Shown here: positions 16,015 to 23,309 of the stretch, piece by piece
Layout: the number at the start of each line of letters is the position of its first letter
Position numbering within the stretch: the stretch's first letter is position 1
Source of the DNA: an uncultured bacterium
GTDB taxonomy: Bacteria > Patescibacteriota > Minisyncoccia > Phycocordibacterales > UBA9973
Length of the DNA stretch: 44,008 nucleotides
NCBI GenBank assembly: GCA_903891365.1
Contig: CAITEG010000004.1
Coordinates: 1 to 44,008, forward strand
Reading direction: 5' to 3'
The notes under the pieces: generated by a model
What the model was told of the DNA's origin: nothing
Databases searched by the model: none
The model's input: only the letters and a program-made list of their open reading frames with translations
Program-made: the position numbers and the translations under genes

Positions 16015-16818
16015 ATGATCAAAAAGAAACTAGTGGCTAAGCCTGCTAAGCCTAAGGCGAAGCTTAAGCCTAAGGCGAAGCTTAAGCCTAAAGCGAAGCT
16101 TAAGCCTAAGGCGAAGCTTAAGCCTAAGGCGAAGCCTAAGTCTAAGGCGAAGCTTAAGCCTAAGGCGAAGCCTAAGTCTAAAAAGTCTGAGGTCCTCCTC
16201 AATATTGGTTGCGGCATCACCCTCTTTAAAGACTTCATCAATATTGACAAGTACTTTACAGAAGAGCAACTTCGTCAGGGGGCAACGTCTCACACAGGAC
16301 CATGTGCCAACGCTCTCTACCCGCGCGGAGCATCCTTCCTTCAGGCAGACATGCTAGACTTGCCTATAGACGCAAACTCTGTAGACTATATTGAGTCGAT
16401 GGAAGCCCTGGAGCACCTAAAGTTTTGTGACGTAGAAAAAGCTGTAGCCGAAATGTACCGGGTACTAAAACCTGGAGGCAAACTTGTCTTGTTTATTCCC
16501 GACATGGATGATATGTGTCAAGTCTGGACAGAGAGGATCGGTAGTGGGGCACCCTTCGGGCCGGAGGACTTCTTTCAGATGGTTCAGATGTTTTATGGGA
16601 ATCAAAAACATGACGGCGAATATCACAAGTCTTGTTTCAACGAAACCTACATGGGTCTGATGATGCAGGCAATAGGATTCGAAGCGAGGAATATTAGGAT
16701 AGCCCACTGCAGTCATGGTCAGCAGGTACCCAAGATCCGAGGAGCGTCAGCATCCCCCGCGTGGGACAGCAAAGCTGTGCTCATTATAGGGTTCCTACTT
16801 ATAGAGGCCACTAAGTAG
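16015..16818 (+). CDS. class I SAM-dependent methyltransferase with an N-terminal (KPKAKL)n lysine-rich repeat tail
   Basis: Residues 8-57 are KPAKPKAKLKPKAKLKPKAKL...KPKSKK. These are followed by SAM motif I LLNIGCG, then VDYIESMEALEHL and YRVLKPGGKLVLFIP (Methyltransf_11/23-like). No DPPY/NPPY or PCQ DNA-methyltransferase motif was seen. Confidence 0.75.
   Translation: MIKKKLVAKPAKPKAKLKPKAKLKPKAKLKPKAKLKPKAKPKSKAKLKPKAKPKSKKSEVLLNIGCGITLFKDFINIDKYFTEEQLRQGATSHTGPCANALYPRGASFLQADMLDLPIDANSVDYIESMEALEHLKFCDVEKAVAEMYRVLKPGGKLVLFIPDMDDMCQVWTERIGSGAPFGPEDFFQMVQMFYGNQKHDGEYHKSCFNETYMGLMMQAIGFEARNIRIAHCSHGQQVPKIRGASASPAWDSKAVLIIGFLLIEATK
16036..16180 (+). repeat. 18-bp tandem repeat aagcctaaggcgaagctt (about 7 units, degenerate at the ends)
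   Basis: Near-perfect (single-mismatch) units at 16048-16065, 16066-16083, 16084-16101 and 16102-16119. Variant units extend to about 16178. The repeat is in frame and encodes KPKAKL. Confidence 0.9.
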
Positions 16819-16840
16819 GCTCAGTGGCTTGCCGCAGGCT

Positions 16841-17467
16841 ATGACACTCACAACACTCAAATATTTGATGTGGTTTTTAAACGCCTATAGCGACGAGATA
16901 AAGCCAGAGGCTCGCATCGCTGATTATGGTGGAATAGATAATCCTGACACAGTGATTTTTCCCCAGGTTGTTAAGAAAAGTTTGGCAGGTGCGGGCCGAC
17001 TTAATTATCACGCTCTGGATTTTGATAGTGGGGTAGATCTGCGCAAACCCTTACGGGGTCCTAAGTATGACGTTGGTATTTGTATGGATCTGCTTGAGCA
17101 TTGTAGTGATCCCTTTCTTGTGGCACATAATATTCGAGATAGTCTACGGCACAACGCGCTGCTTTTTGTAACCGCACCATTCATATGGGATCCTCATTTT
17201 TTCCCAAAGGACTATTGGCGTTTCACACCGCAGGGGATTGAAGAGCTTTTTAGTGCCGAAGGTGATCCGAAAGCTATGGATGTCCTCGCTCTAGGTATGG
17301 TTCGTGATCCTAACAAGGGAGAATTTTTACAACTTTGTCGCGTAGTTGCAGTCTTTCGAAAAGCAAAAAAGAAAGATCGAAAACGAGATGATGCGGCTCG
17401 TTCTATCTTTCCTCCAGAGTGGGGAGTAAGAGGGTTTGACAAGACAACATTTGGCATGGTACCATAA
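16841..17467 (+). CDS. methyltransferase-fold protein with a degenerate SAM motif I
   Basis: ARIADYGG (degenerate GxGxG), YDVGICMDLLEHCSDP and NALLFVTAPF follow the layout of class I methyltransferases. The ATG is at 16841. The track uses a TTG at 16829. Confidence 0.5.
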   Translation: MTLTTLKYLMWFLNAYSDEIKPEARIADYGGIDNPDTVIFPQVVKKSLAGAGRLNYHALDFDSGVDLRKPLRGPKYDVGICMDLLEHCSDPFLVAHNIRDSLRHNALLFVTAPFIWDPHFFPKDYWRFTPQGIEELFSAEGDPKAMDVLALGMVRDPNKGEFLQLCRVVAVFRKAKKKDRKRDDAARSIFPPEWGVRGFDKTTFGMVP

Positions 17468-17473
17468 AAAGAT

Positions 17474-18460
17474 ATGAATACACCACAAGCAATTTCAAAA
17501 TCAAAACACATAGAAGAGAACGGGGTATGGGGTCCAGACGAATTAGAAGATAAGGTAGTTCGCCCTACACAGTGGGGGTTGGTGCGTCCTGACACATTTA
17601 AAGCCTTCAGTCTCACTCGCAAGAAACTAGCGCCCGGAGCCTATACAATAACGCGTGATAATCAAGATGACCAACCAATTTATTTCCGTAGACAGATAAA
17701 AAGTGACACAGATATGAAGGTTTCTGAGGGTTTGTCAAAACAAATCATAGAGGAAATTACTAACTTCTGGGTTAAGAACGAAACATTTCGTAAAAATGGC
17801 TTTCTCCATTCGCGTGGATACCTTCTATATGGAAGTCAGGGCGTTGGGAAATCGTCTGTAGTGCGACAGATCATGAGTAATGTGATAGAAAATGATGGAA
17901 TAGTTTTCATCTGTGGTAATCCTGCGTTCTTTAACCTTGGATTGAAGGTCTTCCGACAGACTGAACCTGATCGTCCAGTGGTTTGTGTCTTCGAAGACAT
18001 CGACGCCATCATTCGTAAATACGGAGAGGATGAGATACTGTCCATCCTTGACGGTGAAAACCAAATCGATCGTGTGCTTAATATCGCCACCACAAATTAT
18101 CCAGAGAATCTTGATCGGCGGATTATTTCTCGTCCACGTCGTTTTGATCGTGTCTACAAAATAGAATCACCAAGCGAAACTTCTCGTAGAGAATATTTCT
18201 GTGTGAAACTTCCGAAGATGCCTAAGGCGAAACTTGAGACTTGGGTTAAGAAAACAAAAGGACTTACGTTTGCAGGATTGGCAGAGCTTCTCATTAGTAC
18301 ACAATGTCTTGGCAACAAGTTCGATGAAACAATTAAGGTGTTGAAAGATCTTGAAAATGGTCATCCATCATCAGCAGATTTTGGCGGTAGGATCGGATTT
18401 GAAAAAGAGGGAAAAGATAATGACGAAGAGGGATCAAAAGTTGAGTGCATCGAGGACTAG
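17474..18460 (+). CDS. AAA+ ATPase (classical AAA, BCS1-like core) with an ~110-aa unknown N-terminal domain
   Basis: RGYLLYGSQGVGKSS (Walker A), VVCVFEDIDAI (Walker B), ATTNYPENLD (sensor 1), and RPRRFDRV (Arg fingers/SRH). Confidence 0.8.
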   Translation: MNTPQAISKSKHIEENGVWGPDELEDKVVRPTQWGLVRPDTFKAFSLTRKKLAPGAYTITRDNQDDQPIYFRRQIKSDTDMKVSEGLSKQIIEEITNFWVKNETFRKNGFLHSRGYLLYGSQGVGKSSVVRQIMSNVIENDGIVFICGNPAFFNLGLKVFRQTEPDRPVVCVFEDIDAIIRKYGEDEILSILDGENQIDRVLNIATTNYPENLDRRIISRPRRFDRVYKIESPSETSRREYFCVKLPKMPKAKLETWVKKTKGLTFAGLAELLISTQCLGNKFDETIKVLKDLENGHPSSADFGGRIGFEKEGKDNDEEGSKVECIED

Positions 18461-18469
18461 AAAAGTCGT

Positions 18470-18540
18470 TTGACTTATAAAAGTCACTCAATAAATTGAG
18501 TTGACTTATAAAAGTCACTCAATAAATTGAGTTGACTTAT
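18470..18540 (+). repeat. 31-bp tandem repeat, 2 full copies plus a 9-nt partial copy
   Basis: ttgacttataaaagtcactcaataaattgag occurs at 18470-18500 and 18501-18531, then ttgacttat at 18532-18540. Each unit contains the palindromes gactt-ataa-aagtc and ctcaa-taaa-ttgag. Confidence 0.9.
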
Positions 18541-18560
18541 TTGACACTAGGTAGTATCAT
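18532..18560 (+). promoter_or_regulatory. sigma-70-type promoter of the secreted-protein gene
   Basis: TTGACT (18532-18537), a 17-bp spacer, then TATCAT (18555-18560). The -35 is the last partial copy of the 31-bp repeat. Confidence 0.45.
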
Positions 18561-18566
18561 TAAGAG

Positions 18567-18614
18567 TAAGAAGGAAGGGAAGGATGGGGGATGCATCTCC
18601 TCTTCCCTCTTCTT
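18567..18614 (+). other. polypurine/polypyrimidine inverted repeat (imperfect long hairpin) in the 5' UTR
   Basis: aagaaggaagggaagga ... atgcat ... tctcctcttccctcttctt. It pairs as a 6-bp segment plus a 7-bp segment, with small bulges and G-U pairs. Confidence 0.5.
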
Positions 18615-18654
18615 AAATTTATCAGGTTAATTAGCTAATTAAATCTTATTCATT

Positions 18655-21600
18655 ATGTCTAAACTAAAGACATTTGTGACTAGTGCTGCGCTTGCAGTGG
18701 GAGCCTTGGCGTTCGCGTCGAGTGCTTTTGCGGCGGGCCTTACTGGTTCACAGGTCCAGTCAATCCTTTCACTTCTCGCTTCTTTTGGAGCAGATAGTGC
18801 GACGATTGCAAATGTTAGTGCCGCATTAAATGGTACTCCGGTAGTAGTATCGCCCTCTTTCAAGATTGGTGATACAGGACCGGCAGTGGTCGCTCTTCAG
18901 AAACAACTTATTGCAGATGGCTATCTAAAGATTGCTGCTCCAACAGGTTACTACGGAAAGCTCACACAGGCAGCGGTTCTAGCAAAGGCAGCTTCAACTT
19001 CCTCTTCTTCGTTTACTCCAGTAACTATGGTTGGGAATGGATTGAAGGTTGCTATTTCTTCAACTTCTCCTAATGGTACAGTGCTTGTAGCGGGTCAGGG
19101 TATCGGTGATCTTGGGAACTTTGTATTCTCAAATCCTACCGCAACTCCGATTAATGTTACCGGTCTTACCTTCAAGCGCCTAGGAGTCAGCAATGATTCC
19201 ACACTTGTAAACGTGTATCTCTATAATGGAGTAACACGAATCACTGATTCTGCTGGAGTCAGTAACGGACAGTTCTCGTATACTGATCCTACAGCACTCT
19301 TCACAGTGCCTGCAGGCGGTACGTACGTAGCTTCAGTTCGTTCTGATATCGACAGTTCAGCTTCGGGACAGCAAATTGGAGTTTCTCTGGTCTCCGTTTC
19401 TTCAAATGGTACCCTAGATTCTTCCGTAGTCTTCCCGATTTCTTCTAGTTATCAGACTGTGTCGGCAGCCACTCTAGCAGGGGTTGACTTCTCGTCTGTT
19501 AGCCAGTCCACAGCATCTATCTCCCCACAGAGTAATTATCCTCTATGGCAAGAGACAGTCTCTATCAATCAGAACCCAGTTAAGTTGTCTTCACTTAAAT
19601 TGACAAATCTTGGTTCTATTGATTCGAGTTTGGTCCAAAACCTTCGCCTCTATGTAGATGGTGTACAGGTTGGAAGTGCTGCTATTCTCTCTGACAGAAC
19701 AGCAACGTTTGACTTCAGTGCAAATCCTGCGATTCTTAACACTCAGAACCACACAATTAAGGTTGTTGGTGATATTGTTGGAGGATCGTCTCGCACTATC
19801 GAACTTTCGTTGCAGCGTTCTTCAGATGCAATGTTCGTAGACACGCAACTTGGTCAGCCAGTCACGATGACAGTTAATGGTAACGTATTCACTCCTGTGA
19901 ATGGTTCTATTATCACTATCAACGCTGTTACTGGTTCTACAGGTATCAGTGTGTCAATCGATCCTGCTTCACCTAACCAAGATGTCGCCCTAGGCGCGTC
20001 TAGTGTTAAGTGGGCAACGTTCGACGTTCTCGTCTCAGGTGAGAATGTAAAACTAAACTCTCTTAACGTATCGTCAAATGTAGCTCTTGCAAATGGCAAG
20101 ATTTATATTAACGGTAGTCAAGTTGGTTCTACAAAATCACTCGGCACTTCGGCAGTAACATTTAACACCTCGGCAGTTCTACCTGCAGGACAGACTTCTC
20201 ATGTAGAGATCTACGCTGACGCGAAGACTCCAACAGGAAATCTTTCAAACGGTCAGACTGTTATCGTTACATTGAATGCGGGTAGTTCAAATGCTCAAGG
20301 ACAATCGTCTTTGAACACTGCGAATGTTCCTGCTTCCGATACTTCGGGAAATTCAATTAACGTTACAAATTCGTCTCTAAGTGTAACTAGATATTCTGGT
20401 TACGGTAGTCAAACTATTATTCCTGGCTCAGTATCACGCATCGGATCGTTTACGATCTCTGCTGGTTCTACAGAGGGAGTAACTGTGAACACTATTAATC
20501 TTTCGCTTTCGGCTGCGAATGCAGCTTCGATTACGAATCTTACCCTTAAGGATGGTTCGTCTGTCTTGGGTAATGTAGTGACGACGCCTTCGATATCAAG
20601 TTCTTATTCTGTCAACCTAGACATTCTAGCTTCTCAGACAAAGACTATTGATGTTTACGGCAATGTGCTTTCTGGTGCGGCTAACGGCTCTCTAGTAGTG
20701 TCCGTTTCAGTATCAGGAAATGGTGATCAAACTGGCAACACAACTTCATCGTCTGCGGTTTCTCTACAGACAATGACTATTGGTTCCGGTTCACTTAGTG
20801 CTACTGTTGCTGCAGGAGATCCTGTATCAGCAAATATTGTTGCTGGCGCAGCTTCTATTAATGTCGGTCAGTTCGAATTTAATGCAGTCAGTTCTGCATA
20901 CACAATTCAGAATCTCGACATTTCAGTTGCTGGGACCATCAATGATGTTACTGCTGTCACTGTCACTTATCTAGATGCAAATGGTAATACCCAAACATCA
21001 ACACAACCTATCGTAGGAACTGTTGCTTCGTTCTCGGGTCTTAACATTTACGTTCCGGCTAATGATCAGGCAGACGTAACCGTGAGTATAGGAACTCCTA
21101 CAATTGCCTCTGGCGCACAGTCAGGATCAAGCGTAAGTGTTGGACTAGCAAGTTCAAACTTCCGTGCAGTTGATGCTTCCGGTAGATCCATTACAACAGG
21201 ATTTACGAAAGCTGCTGAGGGAACATTCTATGTGTACAAGAGCATCCCAACATTTGCGACGCTCGCAATCACATCGAATATTCCATCTTCAGGGAATCCT
21301 CTCTATCGTTTCAGCGTAACTGCTGATCCGAAGGGTTCTATTGATCTCTCAAAGGTAACATTCAATTTGTCAACGACAAGTGTGTCGGTAACAAATATGT
21401 ATGTTGTTGATGAGGCTTCAGGACTCAGTGTTGGGTCTGTCGGTGCAAATGGCGCAGTAGCCATGACACAACAGATTGGTGCTGGTATGTCTAAGACATA
21501 CGCCCTCTACGGTACAGTAGGAGGCTTCACCACGGGTTCTTCTCTTACAATTAGCCTAGCGCAGGATACGTCTCTTTCCACGACAAATGTTCAGTGGTCA

Positions 21601-21672
21601 GATCGTTCTACTACAGCAAATGGTTATCTGTTAAAGAACTTCACAACAAACGCTACTTCTTACTCGAAGTAG
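18655..21672 (+). CDS. secreted peptidoglycan-binding protein with long Ser/Thr/Val/Asn-rich beta-repeat region (1005 aa)
   Basis: Sec-type signal peptide MSKLKTFVTSAALAVGALAFASSAFA/AG. PG_binding_1-like segment GDTGPAVVALQKQLIADGYL...TGYYGKLTQAAV. Recurring ~100-aa modules follow (e.g. NLRLYVDGVQVGS, NGKIYINGSQVGS, NLTLKDGSSVLGN). Confidence 0.7.
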   Translation: MSKLKTFVTSAALAVGALAFASSAFAAGLTGSQVQSILSLLASFGADSATIANVSAALNGTPVVVSPSFKIGDTGPAVVALQKQLIADGYLKIAAPTGYYGKLTQAAVLAKAASTSSSSFTPVTMVGNGLKVAISSTSPNGTVLVAGQGIGDLGNFVFSNPTATPINVTGLTFKRLGVSNDSTLVNVYLYNGVTRITDSAGVSNGQFSYTDPTALFTVPAGGTYVASVRSDIDSSASGQQIGVSLVSVSSNGTLDSSVVFPISSSYQTVSAATLAGVDFSSVSQSTASISPQSNYPLWQETVSINQNPVKLSSLKLTNLGSIDSSLVQNLRLYVDGVQVGSAAILSDRTATFDFSANPAILNTQNHTIKVVGDIVGGSSRTIELSLQRSSDAMFVDTQLGQPVTMTVNGNVFTPVNGSIITINAVTGSTGISVSIDPASPNQDVALGASSVKWATFDVLVSGENVKLNSLNVSSNVALANGKIYINGSQVGSTKSLGTSAVTFNTSAVLPAGQTSHVEIYADAKTPTGNLSNGQTVIVTLNAGSSNAQGQSSLNTANVPASDTSGNSINVTNSSLSVTRYSGYGSQTIIPGSVSRIGSFTISAGSTEGVTVNTINLSLSAANAASITNLTLKDGSSVLGNVVTTPSISSSYSVNLDILASQTKTIDVYGNVLSGAANGSLVVSVSVSGNGDQTGNTTSSSAVSLQTMTIGSGSLSATVAAGDPVSANIVAGAASINVGQFEFNAVSSAYTIQNLDISVAGTINDVTAVTVTYLDANGNTQTSTQPIVGTVASFSGLNIYVPANDQADVTVSIGTPTIASGAQSGSSVSVGLASSNFRAVDASGRSITTGFTKAAEGTFYVYKSIPTFATLAITSNIPSSGNPLYRFSVTADPKGSIDLSKVTFNLSTTSVSVTNMYVVDEASGLSVGSVGANGAVAMTQQIGAGMSKTYALYGTVGGFTTGSSLTISLAQDTSLSTTNVQWSDRSTTANGYLLKNFTTNATSYSK

Positions 21673-21703
21673 TTGGCGGACAGTCGGCCCCTTCACTCAA
21701 AAG

Positions 21704-21726
21704 AACCGCATAACGCGGTTTTTTTG
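21704..21726 (+). terminator. rho-independent terminator
   Basis: aaccgc (21704-21709), loop ataac, gcggtt (21715-21720), then a T-run to about 21725. Confidence 0.7.
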
Positions 21727-21820
21727 TATCTTGTCAAGTCTTGCAAAAGATTTGAAGGTATGATAGATTAAGTAAAGGGAACGGGAATTCCCACTTATAC
21801 ATTAATATTAATTGTAATAT

Positions 21821-22357
21821 ATGTTCTTTAAAACCAAAAATCGTATTGAGGATGATTTAGATCTTTATAAGAATCGTCGTAAACTTGAAATCGACGAGGA
21901 GCTCTCTGAATGGAGACGCTCTCAGAAGAATCGTGCCGTAGATGAGATTATGGCTCATACGGAGGAAGCACGCATTAAGAAGCAGAAGATGTTCAAGGAA
22001 ACCCAGGCAGCTGAGGTTGAGCATGAACAGAAGAAGGCTGCTTATGCTGCAGACCTAGCCACGATAGAGGCTAATATTGCTACCAAGAAAGCTCTTGCAA
22101 CACAGGTTGACACGGATTTTGAATCTCGTGGACTCCTACGCGATCGAGCATGTAAGGCTGAGAAGGAAAAGGCAGATGCGATTATCACTGAAAAGGATAA
22201 GCACATTGCCCATCTTGAAGCACACCTTAAGACTGTTTCAGAACAGAATGTAGGTCTTCTTGCAACTCTCGCAAAATCACTTGGTGATGCTGCAGCTAAA
22301 GACGCTGTAACAAAGGTGGTTGGATTCGGACCATCAAGCGAAGCCAAGAAAGTATAG
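21821..22357 (+). CDS. hypothetical coiled-coil protein (178 aa)
   Basis: ORF track. Ala/Lys/Glu-rich helical composition. Confidence 0.5.
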   Translation: MFFKTKNRIEDDLDLYKNRRKLEIDEELSEWRRSQKNRAVDEIMAHTEEARIKKQKMFKETQAAEVEHEQKKAAYAADLATIEANIATKKALATQVDTDFESRGLLRDRACKAEKEKADAIITEKDKHIAHLEAHLKTVSEQNVGLLATLAKSLGDAAAKDAVTKVVGFGPSSEAKKV

Positions 22358-22372
22358 TTTGTCCGTAGAAAT

Positions 22373-22391
22373 CTGGGGGTATTGCCCCCAG
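22373..22391 (+). other. GC hairpin without a U-tract
   Basis: ctggggg (22373-22379), loop tattg, cccccag (22385-22391). Confidence 0.4.
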
Positions 22392-22409
22392 TCCTGTGCG
22401 GATAAAAAA

Positions 22410-22862
22410 ATGAAACCTAAAATAACAATCATAGATGTAGACGGAACGGTCGCCAAAATCGACCATCGTCTTTATCTTATAAAAAAGACTCCTAAGGATT
22501 GGGCAGCCTTTTATGGTGAGTCGTACAAAGATGAACCTCTTGTTGAAAATATGGCAATGATTAAAGAACATCTTTCTTCAACAGAATCTATTCCATTTTT
22601 TGTGACTGGACGTTCTGATGTTGCAAGAGAAAGAACACACTCTTGGTTGAAGGAACATTTTGATGAAGTTCCTCCAGAGCGTCTCTTTATGCGCAAAGAA
22701 GGTGATACAAGAGAAGACTTTGTTGTTAAAAAAGAAATTCATGACAATCACTTGACGGAATATGAAATAATTCGCGTGTATGAAGACCGTCCTCAAGTTA
22801 TTAGAATGTGGCAGGATCTTGGTTATGAAGTGATCGATGTTGGTCCAGGGTACGAGTTTTAG
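22410..22862 (+). CDS. HAD-superfamily phosphatase (Pnk-phosphatase / nucleotidase-like)
   Basis: KITIIDVDGTVA (DxDGT motif I), FFVTGRSD (motif II), VKKEI and VYEDRPQVIRMW (motifs III/IV). The ATG at 22410 follows the previous gene's stop. The track's longer form overlaps that gene. Confidence 0.7.
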   Translation: MKPKITIIDVDGTVAKIDHRLYLIKKTPKDWAAFYGESYKDEPLVENMAMIKEHLSSTESIPFFVTGRSDVARERTHSWLKEHFDEVPPERLFMRKEGDTREDFVVKKEIHDNHLTEYEIIRVYEDRPQVIRMWQDLGYEVIDVGPGYEF

Positions 22863-22863
22863 T

Positions 22864-22892
22864 TTGACAAATTCATTTGTTATTGTTAACAT
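22864..22892 (+). promoter_or_regulatory. sigma-70-type promoter giving a leaderless mRNA
   Basis: TTGACA (22864-22869), a 17-bp spacer, TAACAT (22887-22892), 6 nt, then the ATG at 22899. Confidence 0.6.
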
Positions 22893-22898
22893 GTATTT

Positions 22899-23294
22899 AT
22901 GAGGTATTATTTTCGTGATAAAAGTAAGGAATTAGGACTCCTAACACAAGAGGAATTTTTTAGAGATGTTGCTTTTGCTACTCGTTATCTTGATCGTGAG
23001 GATGTAAGAACAGTGTATAAAGCAATACTAGCCATTGTGTGGAGAGAAATAAAAGCAAAAGGGACTATCAGACTCCCTTCTTTGTGTGATATATACCTAA
23101 GACAACGCCCCACAATGAGGTGTGCTGGAAAATATATTCCAGGGACCGTGGTTGTCCAGGCCCATCATAACTTATCATTTAGTACACTAGAATCAGTACG
23201 TGTGTACGTAAAGAAGTTAGAACAGGAGAATCCAGGCAAACTGTTCGACCCAGCCAAACGCATAGAAAGAGGAGGGGACATCACACAACTGTGA
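22899..23294 (+). CDS. HU/IHF-like DNA-binding protein (divergent)
   Basis: GTIRLPSLCDIYLRQRPTMRCAGKYIPGTVVVQAHHNLSFSTLESV aligns by eye with the HU beta-arm region (vqL.GFGtF.v..RaaR.GRNP.TGe.i.I.a...v.F). A helical N-terminal half precedes it. Confidence 0.5.
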   Translation: MRYYFRDKSKELGLLTQEEFFRDVAFATRYLDREDVRTVYKAILAIVWREIKAKGTIRLPSLCDIYLRQRPTMRCAGKYIPGTVVVQAHHNLSFSTLESVRVYVKKLEQENPGKLFDPAKRIERGGDITQL

Positions 23295-23309
23295 TAAATT
23301 AAGGGTAAT

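Noticed and set aside
15951-16293. Minus-strand ORFs 15951-16250 and 16030-16293, with LGFALGLSFA and LRLRLKLRLR repeats.
   Set aside because: They are antisense read-throughs of the 18-bp KPKAKL DNA repeat. The plus-strand frame continues into a complete methyltransferase domain and has a promoter.
16015-17467. The idea that the methyltransferases (also 41324-42004) are DNA methyltransferases of a restriction-evasion system.
   Set aside because: None shows motif IV of N6A/N4C (D/N-PP-Y/F) or C5 (PCQ) DNA methyltransferases. They look like Methyltransf_11/23-type small-molecule or protein methyltransferases. A profile search is still needed to settle this.
18470-18540. Possible CRISPR array, because of exact 31-bp repeats.
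   Set aside because: The copies are directly adjacent with no spacers. There are only 2.3 units and no cas genes. They are better explained as a promoter/operator tandem repeat.
21784-21793. The perfect 10-bp palindrome gggaattccc upstream of the gene at 21821.
   Set aside because: It is a single short palindrome with no repeat partner, and it contains an EcoRI site by chance. Evidence for an operator is insufficient. I note it only.
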